From the NCBI GenBank assembly GCA_031409275.1, contig JANNXA010000034.1, positions 128,001 to 192,000 on the forward strand: a DNA stretch of 64,000 bases, written 5' to 3'. The position numbers and the translations under genes were made by a program. Positions within the stretch are counted from its first letter, which is position 1, and each line of letters begins with the position of its first letter. Positions 1 through 9,676 of the stretch are shown here, in pieces. The DNA is from Planctomycetota bacterium. Its GTDB lineage: Bacteria > Planctomycetota > B15-G4 > SIAN01. The notes beneath the pieces were generated by a model that saw only the letters and a list, made by a program, of their open reading frames with translations, was not told the origin of the DNA and did no database searches.

Positions 1-392
1 CCATGCTGGTCCATCAGCTCGCGCAACTCCTCTTCGCCCGAGTGGCCGAATGGCGGATGGCCGAGGTCGTGCGCAAGGCCGATCGCCTCCACCAGCGCCT
101 CGTTCAGCCGCAAGGCGCGGCCGACCGCTCGCGCGAGCTGCGCCACTTCGAGAGTGTGGGTCATCCGGGTGCGATAGTTGTCCCCGGTGCCATTCACCAG
201 CACTTGCGTCTTGTATTCGAGGCGGCGGAAGGCGCCGCTGTGGATGACGCGGTCGCGATCGCGCATGAAGGCGGTGCGGTGGGGGTCTTCGCCCTCCGCA
301 TGGCGTCGGCCGCGGCTGTGCACGGACTTCAACGCGAACGGCGCGAGGTCGCGCTGCTCGAGCTCTTCGAACTCCTGTCGGGTGCGTTGCAT
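1..392 (-). CDS. dgt: Deoxyguanosinetriphosphate triphosphohydrolase (dGTPase, HD family), 5' part; runs off the window edge
   Basis: Manual minus-strand translation from ATG at 392: [64 protein letters not shown]...[16 protein letters not shown]...[14 protein letters not shown]. Hallmark dGTPase motifs. Absent from the ORF track. Confidence 0.95.
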   Translation of the reverse strand, partial: MQRTRQEFEELEQRDLAPFALKSVHSRGRRHAEGEDPHRTAFMRDRDRVIHSGAFRRLEYKTQVLVNGTGDNYRTRMTHTLEVAQLARAVGRALRLNEALVEAIGLAHDLGHPPFGHSGEEELRELMDQH

Positions 393-447
393 GGCGGCCT
401 ATTGTCTCCGCGCGGCGCAGAAGATGATGCGCCGAGCTGGAGGGAAC

Positions 448-1257
448 GTGGAAAAGGACGCGACCGACGAGATCGCCGAGTGGAACAAGACTGCCTGGAA
501 CCGCCAGGTCGCGCGCGGCAACCGCTGGACGGTGCCGGTCGATGGCGCCGCCATCGCGGCGGCCCGCCGCGGAGAGTGGCAGGTGGTGCTGACCCCGGCG
601 CGACCCGTGCCGCGCGACTGGTTTCCACCGCTGGCCGGCTTGAAAACCCTCTGCCTTGCCTCCGGCGGTGGTCAGCAGGCGCCGCTGCTCGCGGCGGCCG
701 GGGCCGACGTCACCGTGCACGATCTGTCGCCGGCGCAGCTCGCCCAGGATCGGGCCGTCGCAGCGCGCGAGGGGCTCACGCTCCGGCTCGAAGAAGGCGA
801 CATGCGCGACCTCTCGCGCTACGCCGACGGCAGCTTCGGCCTCCTCTTCCATCCCTGCTCGAACGCCTTCGTTCCCGATCCGGCGCCGGTCTGGCGCGAG
901 GCGTTTCGGGTGCTGGCACCGGGTGGCGTCCTGCTGGCCGGCGTCACGCAACCGGTGCGCTTCCTCTTCGATGAGAAGGCGCTCGAGCGCGGCGAGCTCG
1001 TCGCGCGCCACTCGCTGCCCTACTCCGACTTCGTTCATCTCAACGAAGCGGAGCGCGCCGAACTTCGTGCCGCCGACGAGCCGTGGTGCTTCGGCCACAC
1101 GCTCGAGCAGCAGCTCGGCGGTCAGCTCAGCGCGGGGTTCGTGCTGACCGGCCTCTACGAAGATCGCTCGCCTGGCGACGCGCTCGATGCGCGCATCGCC
1201 TGCTACCTCGCAACGCGCGCGGTGAAGGCGCCGTCCGCCTCCATCTCGAAGGGGTAA
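448..1257 (+). CDS. Class I SAM-dependent methyltransferase
   Basis: GTG start after GGAGGG. Motif [38 protein letters not shown]. Confidence 0.9.
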   Translation: MEKDATDEIAEWNKTAWNRQVARGNRWTVPVDGAAIAAARRGEWQVVLTPARPVPRDWFPPLAGLKTLCLASGGGQQAPLLAAAGADVTVHDLSPAQLAQDRAVAAREGLTLRLEEGDMRDLSRYADGSFGLLFHPCSNAFVPDPAPVWREAFRVLAPGGVLLAGVTQPVRFLFDEKALERGELVARHSLPYSDFVHLNEAERAELRAADEPWCFGHTLEQQLGGQLSAGFVLTGLYEDRSPGDALDARIACYLATRAVKAPSASISKG

Positions 1258-1290
1258 GGTGCCGGCCTTTGCGCACCCTGGAGCTTTCGA

Positions 1291-1629
1291 TTGGCGAGCA
1301 GTGAACGGTCGGTCCACTTGTCGAGCCTTTCCACGCACGAGCGCCGTCGGCTCTGGTTGGCGGTCTATGCGAGGGGCGCCGGCATCGCGGCGGCCGTCTT
1401 CTTCGTGCTGGTCACTTCGCTGCACGGCGTCCGCGAGCTCGAACGCAGCCTCGCGGGCGATGGGAGCCACGCCGAGTCCGCCGCGCGCCTGTGCGACGGG
1501 TTGACCGTGCTGGTCGGTGCGCTCGTCTTCGCGGGCGGGTTGCGGTTGCTGATCGGTTGGCTGTTGCGCGCGCCGATCGGCGCGCTGCGCTTCGCGGTGG
1601 TGCGCACGGGGGATACGGAGAAGCGGTGA
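1291..1629 (+). CDS. Small membrane protein (2 TM), hypothetical
   Basis: Two hydrophobic segments. Stop overlaps the next ATG (TGATG at 1627-1631). Start uncertain. Confidence 0.55.
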   Translation: MASSERSVHLSSLSTHERRRLWLAVYARGAGIAAAVFFVLVTSLHGVRELERSLAGDGSHAESAARLCDGLTVLVGALVFAGGLRLLIGWLLRAPIGALRFAVVRTGDTEKR

Positions 1630-2663
1630 TGAGTCGATTGCGCGGACGGGTGTCTCTGCTGCTGGTCGTGTTCTGCGTTCTGGTTTCGGCGTGCGCGACG
1701 CCGCCGCCCGTGCCCATCGCGAATGGAGTCGCGACGCTCGCCACGACACCGCTCGCGCCCCCTGCGGCCGACGGATTCGTGCCGCCGATGGTGCGCGACC
1801 CGTCGGGCAAGCTGATCGGCTGGCTCGATCTGCGCTACGCCGCGGTCGATGGCGTCCCGCCGGCGGAGCAGTCGCTCGACCTGATCGGGCCGGCGACGCT
1901 GACCGGCGAGGGGCAGCCGGCGGTGCGCGGCCTGCCGATCGTCGTCTTCGTCCATGGCGGCGGTTGGCAGCGCGGCGAGAAGCGCGGCTTCCTCGAGCGG
2001 CGCGCGCCGGCGTTCAGCGGCGCCGGCTTCCTGCTCGCGACCATCAACTACCGACTCGCACCGCAAGCGACCCATCCGGCTCAGATCCGCGATACGGCCG
2101 CCGCACTGGCCTGGCTCCATGCGAATGCGCGCGCGTTCGGTGGCGATCCCGAGGCGCTCTTCGTCATGGGCCACTCCGCGGGGGCGCACCTCGCCGCACT
2201 GGTCGCGACCGACGAGCGGTGGCTCGGCGAGCATGACCTGCCGTTGTCGGCGTTGCGCGGCGCGATCCTGCTCGACGGCGCGAGCTACGACCTCGTCGGC
2301 CGCAGCGGCGACATGGAAGGGGCCGAGCAGTTCATCGCGCAGGTGTTCGGCAACGATCCGGCGATCTGGGCCGAGGCGTCGCCGATGAACCACGTCGCTG
2401 CGGGCAAGGGAATCCCGCCGTGCCTGCTGCTGGTGGCCGGCCGGAACCCCGACTCCGGCGAGGACGCCGCGCTCTTCTCGGCGAAGTTGCAGGCGGCCGG
2501 CACGAGCGCGATCGTCGAGACCTTTCCCGCCAAGACGCACGTCGCCATCTCGCGCGAACTTGGCCTGCCCGGCGATGGCCCGACCGCTCGCATCCTCGAC
2601 TTCGTCGCGCAGACCAGCGGTCGGCCGCGCCCGCCCGAGCCGTCCACCTCCGGCGCCAATTGA
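1629..2663 (+). CDS. Alpha/beta hydrolase (HSL-like esterase) lipoprotein
   Basis: Lipobox-like VLVSAC, oxyanion HGGGW, nucleophile GHSAG, C-terminal His (KTHVAI). Confidence 0.88.
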   Translation: MSRLRGRVSLLLVVFCVLVSACATPPPVPIANGVATLATTPLAPPAADGFVPPMVRDPSGKLIGWLDLRYAAVDGVPPAEQSLDLIGPATLTGEGQPAVRGLPIVVFVHGGGWQRGEKRGFLERRAPAFSGAGFLLATINYRLAPQATHPAQIRDTAAALAWLHANARAFGGDPEALFVMGHSAGAHLAALVATDERWLGEHDLPLSALRGAILLDGASYDLVGRSGDMEGAEQFIAQVFGNDPAIWAEASPMNHVAAGKGIPPCLLLVAGRNPDSGEDAALFSAKLQAAGTSAIVETFPAKTHVAISRELGLPGDGPTARILDFVAQTSGRPRPPEPSTSGAN

Positions 2664-2683
2664 CACCGACAGGAACCGAATCG

Positions 2684-3106
2684 ATGGCCACTCTCTTCAC
2701 CAAGATTCTCGAAGGCGCGATCCCCGGCCGCTTCGTGTGGAAGGACGAGAAGTGCTTCTCGATCCTCACCATCAACCCGATCCAGCCGGGCCACTGCCTC
2801 GTCATCCCGCGCCAGGAGATCGACCACTGGCTCGACGTGCCGGCCGACCTCTCGCGCCACCTCTTCGACGTGGCGCGCACGATCGGCAAGGCGCAGATGG
2901 CGGCGTTCCAGCCCGAGAAGGTCGGGCTCACGATCCTCGGCCTCGAGGTGCGTCACGTGCATCTCCACTTGATCCCGATCCGCGAGCCCAAGCACATGGA
3001 GTTCGCCCACGCCGACAAGAACCCGAGCGCCGCCGCCCTCGACGAGGCGGCGGTGAAGTTGCGGGCGGCGTTGAGGGCGCAGGGCGCCAGGCACGTCGCG
3101 GGTTAG
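2684..3106 (+). CDS. HIT family protein
   Basis: MATLFTKILEGAIP, PIQPGHCLVIP and histidine triad HVHLHLIP. Confidence 0.93.
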   Translation: MATLFTKILEGAIPGRFVWKDEKCFSILTINPIQPGHCLVIPRQEIDHWLDVPADLSRHLFDVARTIGKAQMAAFQPEKVGLTILGLEVRHVHLHLIPIREPKHMEFAHADKNPSAAALDEAAVKLRAALRAQGARHVAG

Positions 3107-3170
3107 CGCGGCGACCGACGCCGCGCGGGGCGCCTGCAACCGCGACCGGCCCATCGGCATAGAGCGGCCC

Positions 3171-3734
3171 GTGAAGGAGCTCGTGCCGATCGTGTCGACG
3201 CAGCCGCCGGTGACCCGCTCGCCTGCGGAGGAAGCGTTCGCGCGCCGGCTTGCGGAGTTGCGCGCGGCGGTGGCGTCGCTGCTTCGGCGCGCCGTGCGCC
3301 ATCCCGATCAGCGCGGCGATGCGCTGCAGGAGACGTTCGCCCGCGCATGGGCGGCGCGCGGGCAGTACGACGCGACGCGACCGCTCGGGCCGTGGCTCGC
3401 CACCATCGCGTGGCGCGTCGCGCACGAGCAGGAGCGGCGCCGCGTGCGCCGGCGCGAGGAAGAGGCAGTGGAGGAGCCGCCGGCCAGCGCGCACGGCGAT
3501 GAACCGTTGCGGTTGCTCGAGCGGCGCGAGGAGGAGGCGGCGCTTGCCGCGGCACTCGCGCAGTTGCCGGAGCTGCCGCGCGAGGTCGTGCGGCGTTTCT
3601 ACGCGGAGGGGGAGTCGGTGATGGCGATCGCGGTGGCGCTGTCGTTGCGGGAGAACACGGTGAAGAGCCATCTGCGGCGCGCCCGCCTCGCTCTGGCGAA
3701 GACGCTGGCGCCGCGTGCCGGCGGGGAGGCGTGA
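3171..3734 (+). CDS. ECF RNA polymerase sigma factor
   Basis: Region 2 DALQETFARAW...WLATIA. Region 4 IAVALSLRENTVKSHLRRAR. Confidence 0.92.
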   Translation: MKELVPIVSTQPPVTRSPAEEAFARRLAELRAAVASLLRRAVRHPDQRGDALQETFARAWAARGQYDATRPLGPWLATIAWRVAHEQERRRVRRREEEAVEEPPASAHGDEPLRLLERREEEAALAAALAQLPELPREVVRRFYAEGESVMAIAVALSLRENTVKSHLRRARLALAKTLAPRAGGEA

Positions 3735-4285
3735 CGATGGGCTGCCCGAGCGAGAGCGAAGTCGACGAGGTCCTCGATCGCGTCGCACCGCGCGAGCGCG
3801 CGCAAGCGGTGCATGCCCATGTCGCGGCGTGCGAGCGCTGCCTCGCGCAATTCGGCGCGAGCTTCGAGCTCGAGCTGTGGGGCGGCGCGCTCGGCGCGGA
3901 GACGACGGAGCCGGCGCGGACCGCGTCGCCATGGTGGCAGCGCGCTCGTTGGCGGGCGGCCGCGGCGGCAGCTGCGTTGCTGGTCGTGGCGGGAGTCGGC
4001 GGGCGGCGCTGGCTCGCGATGGAGCGATCGACGCAGGCGACGCGCCTCGATGCGGCGGCGGTGAGCGCGTTGCCCGAGTCGCCCTTCCTCGCGGTCTACG
4101 CGCTCGAGTTCGAGCAAGGTTGGCGCGGTCCCAACGGCCTCGAGCGGCGCACCGCGCGCCTCGATCCGATCAAGCGGGCTTCGATCGACTACACCGAAGT
4201 GCGGCGCGATGCGTCGGGCTTCGAACAACGTTCGCGTCGGACCGCGCTGCTTCGCGTGGCCGCAACGCCCAAGGAGTCGCCATGA
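3731..4285 (+). CDS. Zinc-finger (ZAS/zf-HC2) membrane anti-sigma factor
   Basis: HVAACERC (HxxxCxxC) followed by a TM segment. 4-bp overlap with the sigma gene. Confidence 0.8.
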   Translation: MTMGCPSESEVDEVLDRVAPRERAQAVHAHVAACERCLAQFGASFELELWGGALGAETTEPARTASPWWQRARWRAAAAAAALLVVAGVGGRRWLAMERSTQATRLDAAAVSALPESPFLAVYALEFEQGWRGPNGLERRTARLDPIKRASIDYTEVRRDASGFEQRSRRTALLRVAATPKESP

Positions 4286-5439
4286 GTCTGCTCGCCTTCG
4301 TGCTCGCCGCAGTGCCGCATCACGCGCTGCAGGCCGTTCCGTCGCGCGCGGCGCCGACCACCATCGTGCGGCAAGGAGACGACTCGAAGAGCGTCACGCA
4401 CGGCGACCAGTCGGTCGTCGTCTACGACGTGCACGATTTGTTGGCGCCGCCCAAAAAGGGGATGGCCCGCCAGTTCGAGGTGCTGCTCGAGCAGAAGCGC
4501 GCTGCGGCGAAGGCGGCGAGCGAGGCGCTGGGGCGCGGGACGGGCGAGGCGCCCCTCGTCGATGAAACCGGCAGGGCGGACGAGTCGACGGTGGAGGAGG
4601 AGCGCGCCGCGCAGCAGCAATTGCTGGTGGCCTATCTGCAGTGCCTCGGCGCGCGCGTCCACGACGACAAGCTCCACGTTGACGCGCGCACTCCCGGCAC
4701 ACTGGTGGTCCACGCGCGCACCGCGACGTTCGCCATGGTCGAGGCGCTGATGCGTCAGCTGCGCGAGCGGCACGACGAGGCGCGGCCGAGCGCGGCGGTC
4801 GAAGTGGAGATGAGCGCGTTCTGGCTCGACGCCGACGGGCGCGAGGAGCTCGAGGAGTTCGTCGAGAAGGAGAGCGGCACGAAGGTGGACGGCAACGTCG
4901 TGACGATGCTGCGGCCCGAGCTGGTCGCCCGCTTCGTGGCGCGCGGTGAGAAGATCGACTCTCTGGCGATGCCGCGGATCGTCGTGATGCCGCTCGAGCG
5001 GTTCGAGTTGTCGACTGGCAGCGAAGTCGCCTACGTCGCGGGATTCGATCAGGTCACCATCGAAGGGATCGGCAGCCTGATCGATCCGGTGGTGAAGACG
5101 CTGCACGAAGGGCTGCGGCTCGATGGGCGCGCGCTGACCAGTGCGCCACTGCCCGGCCTCGCCGAGCCGCCCTTCGCGCTGCAGGTGACGCTCGACGTCG
5201 CGAAGCTGCACCGGCCGATCGCGATGGCGAAGACCGACCTTGGCGTGGTCCAGCTGCCGGAAATCAGGCACGCCTCATTCAGTACGACGATCGCTGGCAC
5301 CATCGGCACGACCTTCGTCCTCGGCGGCATGCCCGCCCCGCGCCTCGAAGGCGATGGCGCCGAACCGCGCCTCTATCTCCTGGTCACCGTTCACCGCGCC
5401 GGCTGGAGCGACGGCGGCGCGCCGAAGGTGGATCGCTAG
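4282..5439 (+). CDS. Exported protein with secretin-like C-terminal region
   Basis: N-terminal hydrophobic signal and YDVHDLL motif. PRIVV...GSEVAYV...DPVVKTLHEGLRLD...VQLPEI...TFVLGG resembles the GspD/PilQ secretin core. Confidence 0.55.
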   Translation: MSLLAFVLAAVPHHALQAVPSRAAPTTIVRQGDDSKSVTHGDQSVVVYDVHDLLAPPKKGMARQFEVLLEQKRAAAKAASEALGRGTGEAPLVDETGRADESTVEEERAAQQQLLVAYLQCLGARVHDDKLHVDARTPGTLVVHARTATFAMVEALMRQLRERHDEARPSAAVEVEMSAFWLDADGREELEEFVEKESGTKVDGNVVTMLRPELVARFVARGEKIDSLAMPRIVVMPLERFELSTGSEVAYVAGFDQVTIEGIGSLIDPVVKTLHEGLRLDGRALTSAPLPGLAEPPFALQVTLDVAKLHRPIAMAKTDLGVVQLPEIRHASFSTTIAGTIGTTFVLGGMPAPRLEGDGAEPRLYLLVTVHRAGWSDGGAPKVDR

Positions 5440-7586
5440 CGCGATCGTTCGATCGACACCTGCACGACTTCGCCCGCACGCGCTTCGACGATCCGCGGTG
5501 GGATCGGCGCAATGCCAGGAGGAGGCACGAGTTCGAGTCGATAGCGGCCGAACGTCGGCACGCGGAACCAGCCGGCGCGCCAGCGCTGCCAGTCGGCGTA
5601 GATCGGAGGGCCTTCGGGATCGAGCGGCACGAGGCGCGCGCGGCGAAGTGCGCGGTCAAGTTCGTCCGGCTCGGCGTCGAAGTCGAGTTGCGCGGTCACG
5701 TCGGGTGCCGCCGGTTGCCATTCGACGGCAATGATCGTCGGCCGCCCGACGGCCAAGGTCAGTTTGTTTGCTCCCGGCTCCAACCAGCGCTCGTCGCCGT
5801 TGACGATGGCGAGCGATTCCCAGTGGTTGCTGACAACGTCGAAGCGGACCGGGCCAGCCGCGGTGACGAGGTGGGTGCGGTCGTTCCGGTCGAGGGGTCT
5901 TTCTACGCCGCTGAACCGTACGTCGGACAACAAGTCCCCGGCAAAGGAACGGAACGGCACGAAGGGGGCGTCCGGTCGTCGGAGAAGTGTCAGGACTTCG
6001 GCGGGCGGGCCGCCGGTGGCCGCGTCGACGAGGGTCACCTCGAGATCGGCCAGCTCGGGGACGATCAGTTCGAAGCGCTTCGCGTCGGGTTGCGATTCGC
6101 TGTCGCTGATCTCGAGATCCCACGACACGCCGAGCTTCGGCTCGCTCACCCGCCACCGGCCGGGACGAACCGCACCCAACCGCACTTCCCGCCACGCTTC
6201 GAGCGCGCCGTCGGCGGCGCTGCCGTGGGGGTGCGCCGGGATCGTGAGCGGTCCGTTGCGGCGATGCGGGCGTGGCGACTCCTCGTCACCGATCGGCTCC
6301 CACCAGAACTCGAAGCTCTCGAGCGTGGTGCCCGTCGGCCAGCGCACCGTCCCGACCAGCGGCACGAAGGGGCCATCCGTCGGCAGCAACAGTGGCAGCG
6401 TGATGGAAGTCGTTTCGCCCGCGACCACCACGACCTCGACCTCGTCGAGCGCGGGACGGGCGACGTCACCGTCTCCCGGCGCCACCGCGAGGCGGTAGCG
6501 ACCGGGCGGCAGGTGCTCGAGCTCCGTGACACCGTCGACTGGCAGCGGAGCGACCGCCGTCAGCGTCGAGTCGAAGAGGAGCGAGTGTTGCCAGCTGAGG
6601 TGCTCCCGCAGCTGCGACTCGCTCGCTAGCGACCCGTCGGAGAAGAGAGCCGCGACCTCGGCCTCACTCAGCGTCGCCTGCCAGGCGAGCTCGCCCTCCA
6701 CTTCGAGATCGAGCGGGTCGAGCGCGCCCGGATCGAGCGGTGTCTTGAGCGTCAATAGCAGCGGTGCCGTGAACGACTCGAACGCATCAAGACTCCACCA
6801 CGCCGTCACCGTCGGAATCGCGGGGGACGCCGGCGCACGCGCCGACGCGAGCCGCCGCTCGACCTCGCGGTCGCTGCCAATCCCCGTCACGCTGATCGAC
6901 AGCGCGCCGCCGCGCACCAGCTCGACGCGCGCGCGCCCGCCGACGAACCAGTCGACGTCGAGCGTCGCCCAGACACGGCCCGGTGCGCCGATCGACAGCC
7001 GCTGGCGCGCGCGCCCAGACTGCAACTCCTCCCGCGTCGGCGCCAGCAACAGGGGAGCGCTCGCGTCCATCGCCCGCGCGCTCGGAAGCGGCCACAGGCT
7101 CTCCGGTTGCCAGCGCCAGCTCTCGTAGCGCAACGCCCCAACGGAGGAAAAGAGCGCGCCCCTTTGGCTGTCGACGAACTGCACGTTTCGCAACGGCTCG
7201 CCGTTTTCAGCGGCCACCACCTCGACCGTCACCGGCCGCGCGTAACGCGCCGAGAGGCGCAGCGTGCTCGAGTCGGTCACCATCAGCTCGGGCGCATCGG
7301 CCGCCAACAAGGCGGGGCCCCCGTCGAACTCCAACGATTGGATCGTGCAGCGCTCGTCCGCCTCGAGATCGATGACGAAGCGCCCCGAGTCGACGGCACT
7401 CCATTCAAGTTCACCCCGCGACGAAGAGCCGCGGCGCGTCGAGTTCATCACCCGATAGGTGACGGCGCCGGAGGGTGCCTCGAACCACTCGCCGTCACGA
7501 CCCTCGACGCGCACCTCGACCGTCACGTCGCCTGGCGCCGGCACCATCACGAGGGCGAGCAGAAGATCGCCGAGCCATGGCGCCAT
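5436..7586 (-). CDS. Exported beta-sandwich (carboxypeptidase regulatory-like repeat) protein
   Basis: Signal-like MAPWLGDLLLALVMV. Repeated VEVVAAENGEPL / VTLVDAATGGP / LPPGRYRL motifs. Confidence 0.7.
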   Translation of the reverse strand: MAPWLGDLLLALVMVPAPGDVTVEVRVEGRDGEWFEAPSGAVTYRVMNSTRRGSSSRGELEWSAVDSGRFVIDLEADERCTIQSLEFDGGPALLAADAPELMVTDSSTLRLSARYARPVTVEVVAAENGEPLRNVQFVDSQRGALFSSVGALRYESWRWQPESLWPLPSARAMDASAPLLLAPTREELQSGRARQRLSIGAPGRVWATLDVDWFVGGRARVELVRGGALSISVTGIGSDREVERRLASARAPASPAIPTVTAWWSLDAFESFTAPLLLTLKTPLDPGALDPLDLEVEGELAWQATLSEAEVAALFSDGSLASESQLREHLSWQHSLLFDSTLTAVAPLPVDGVTELEHLPPGRYRLAVAPGDGDVARPALDEVEVVVVAGETTSITLPLLLPTDGPFVPLVGTVRWPTGTTLESFEFWWEPIGDEESPRPHRRNGPLTIPAHPHGSAADGALEAWREVRLGAVRPGRWRVSEPKLGVSWDLEISDSESQPDAKRFELIVPELADLEVTLVDAATGGPPAEVLTLLRRPDAPFVPFRSFAGDLLSDVRFSGVERPLDRNDRTHLVTAAGPVRFDVVSNHWESLAIVNGDERWLEPGANKLTLAVGRPTIIAVEWQPAAPDVTAQLDFDAEPDELDRALRRARLVPLDPEGPPIYADWQRWRAGWFRVPTFGRYRLELVPPPGIAPIPPRIVEARAGEVVQVSIERSR

Positions 7587-7753
7587 GGAGATCCCCTGGC
7601 AAGAGCGGCCCTCCACGGCAGGTAGGCGGTGGCGGGCAACGAGCGAATCGAGTTGCAGGGATCAATGTAGCCCGACGGCATGGGTGGAGGTCACGGCGCG
7701 GACGCGTCGGGCTACAGTCGTCGCGGTTCGGGATGGCGCGAAGGAGCGGTGCG

Positions 7754-9676
7754 ATGGCGTCGACTGCGCCGGAGAGGACGCGCTCGCTTGTCTTGCTGAT
7801 TCCCGTCGCCATGGCGTGCGGCGTGGTGTGGTTCATCGAGTCGATGCTGGAGGACGGTCCACCGCGGGTCGTGCGCCCGGTCGCGAGCTTGGTCTCCACG
7901 TTGCGCGAAGCCGACGCGATGGCTGGCGCAGGCGCCGCGCGCGACGGCTCTGCGCCACTTGTGGAGCCGGACGCGGCACGCAAGCAGGAGACTCCCGTCG
8001 CCGATCCGCTCCGACCGCTCGATCCGCGCGAGGAGCGGCTGCGCGAACAGGCGGGCCGCGTGACGCTTTGCGGGCTCGTGCTTTCGCCCGCCGGTGAGCC
8101 GGTCGCCGGCGCGAAGCTCTTCGTCGACGGAGAACTGGTGGGTCGCAGCGACGCGCGCGGCGCCTATCGGATCGAGTTCGCGCACGATGTGCTCGGTGAC
8201 TCCGCTGCCATCGCGGCGATCGCCGAATCGGTCGGCTCGTGCGTCGTCCGTCTCCAAGGTCCCGGCCGCCGGCTCGACTTGACGCTCGAGACCGGCCACG
8301 TCGTTGAAGGGCGGACGGTCGAGTGGCGCGGCGGCGCGCCGGTGGCCGGCGCGACGGTCGACCTGCTGGCGCGCGATCTGGGCAGCGGCACGGGCGAGAG
8401 CTGCTTCGCGTTGACGGCCCGCTCCGACGCATCCGGCGCTTTCCGTTTCGCCGCGATTCCGGACGGCCCGATCGAGCTGCGTGCGCGCGCGCCGGCCGCC
8501 GACACGCTCGCGTTCCGGCCCTATCGGCTCGTCGACGATGCGGCCGCGACTCGCATCGATCTCGAGCTGCGCCGCCGCGTCGCGCTGTGCGGTCGCTTCG
8601 ACCCGTGGCCGCCGCGCGGCTTCGTCAGCGCAGCGCCGCGCGAGGTGCGCGCCTGGACGAGTAGCGGCGGTTCGCGCTGGTTCGACGGCCGCGACTTCCG
8701 TGCGCCGATCGACGGCGACGGCCGCTTCGAGCTGCTGCTGCCGGAGTACGCGAGCTACTCGCTCGCGCTGGCGGCCGGCGACGAGGCGCTCTGGTGCGAG
8801 ACGTGGCCGCTGCCGCCTGACGCCGCGCCGGTCGACCTCGGCCGCATCGCGTTGGGCGAGCCGACGACGCTGGCCGGCCAGCTCGACGTGCCGTCGGAGG
8901 TCGCGGCGCTCGGCGTCGTCGTGCGGGGCCACGCGCAGTGCGGCGAGGCGTCGATCGAGTTCGAGCGGCGCTGCGCTGCCGACGGGAGCTTCTCGATCGG
9001 CCCCTATCCGCTGGAGCGCGTCGAGTTCGAGCTGGTCTGCCGCCACCGCGTGCTCCACCGCGCCGAGCCGCTCGAACTGCGCCGCGGCGACGGTCGGTTC
9101 GACCTCGGGCTCCTCGACGGGCTGCCGAGCTGGTTCGGTCGGGTCGTCGACGAGTCGGGGCGGCCGTTCGCGCATGCCAGCGTGGTGCTGGAGGAGGGCG
9201 GCAAGTCGGTGCGGCCGATGGTGGAGTGCGACGGCGACGGCGTCTTCTGGTTCAACGCGGGCGCGGAGCTCGCGGCGGACGCCGCAGCGCCTCCGACGCT
9301 CGTCGTCACCGCGCGCGGTCTCGCGGCGCATCGCTTCCCGGTCGCCGTTCCCGCCACCGCCGTCGCGCGGCTGCCCGATCTGGTGGTGCGTAGCGAACCA
9401 ACGCTGCGGGTCGGTGGCGTCGTGCGCGAGGCGGATGGCACGCCGATCCTGGGTGCGCTCGTTACGCTCGGCTACGCCTCGCTCGAGGAGGTGCGCGACG
9501 TGACCGGCGTCGACGGCCGCTTCGAGTTCCGCGGGCTCGTGGTCGAAGGCGCGCGTTCGTGGCCGGTCGTCGTCGAGCTGCCGGATGGGCGCTCGTTCGA
9601 GCCGCCGCCACTCACGGCGGCGGAGCGCGAGCTCGAGTGGCACGCGCCGTCGCGCGATTCGTCGGAGTCGCGCTGA
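7754..9676 (+). CDS. Membrane-anchored carboxypeptidase regulatory-like domain protein (paralog 1)
   Basis: AAGGAG RBS and N-terminal TM. Repeats GxVxxxxGxPVAGAxV...SDAxGxF. Confidence 0.8.
   Translation: MASTAPERTRSLVLLIPVAMACGVVWFIESMLEDGPPRVVRPVASLVSTLREADAMAGAGAARDGSAPLVEPDAARKQETPVADPLRPLDPREERLREQAGRVTLCGLVLSPAGEPVAGAKLFVDGELVGRSDARGAYRIEFAHDVLGDSAAIAAIAESVGSCVVRLQGPGRRLDLTLETGHVVEGRTVEWRGGAPVAGATVDLLARDLGSGTGESCFALTARSDASGAFRFAAIPDGPIELRARAPAADTLAFRPYRLVDDAAATRIDLELRRRVALCGRFDPWPPRGFVSAAPREVRAWTSSGGSRWFDGRDFRAPIDGDGRFELLLPEYASYSLALAAGDEALWCETWPLPPDAAPVDLGRIALGEPTTLAGQLDVPSEVAALGVVVRGHAQCGEASIEFERRCAADGSFSIGPYPLERVEFELVCRHRVLHRAEPLELRRGDGRFDLGLLDGLPSWFGRVVDESGRPFAHASVVLEEGGKSVRPMVECDGDGVFWFNAGAELAADAAAPPTLVVTARGLAAHRFPVAVPATAVARLPDLVVRSEPTLRVGGVVREADGTPILGALVTLGYASLEEVRDVTGVDGRFEFRGLVVEGARSWPVVVELPDGRSFEPPPLTAAERELEWHAPSRDSSESR

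Noticed and set aside
1..392. dGTPase as an anti-phage defence gene
   Set aside because: It looks like the ordinary housekeeping type and has no defence-island context. Only part of the gene is visible.
3..974. 323-aa plus-strand ORF
   Set aside because: Antisense shadow of dgt and out of frame with the methyltransferase.
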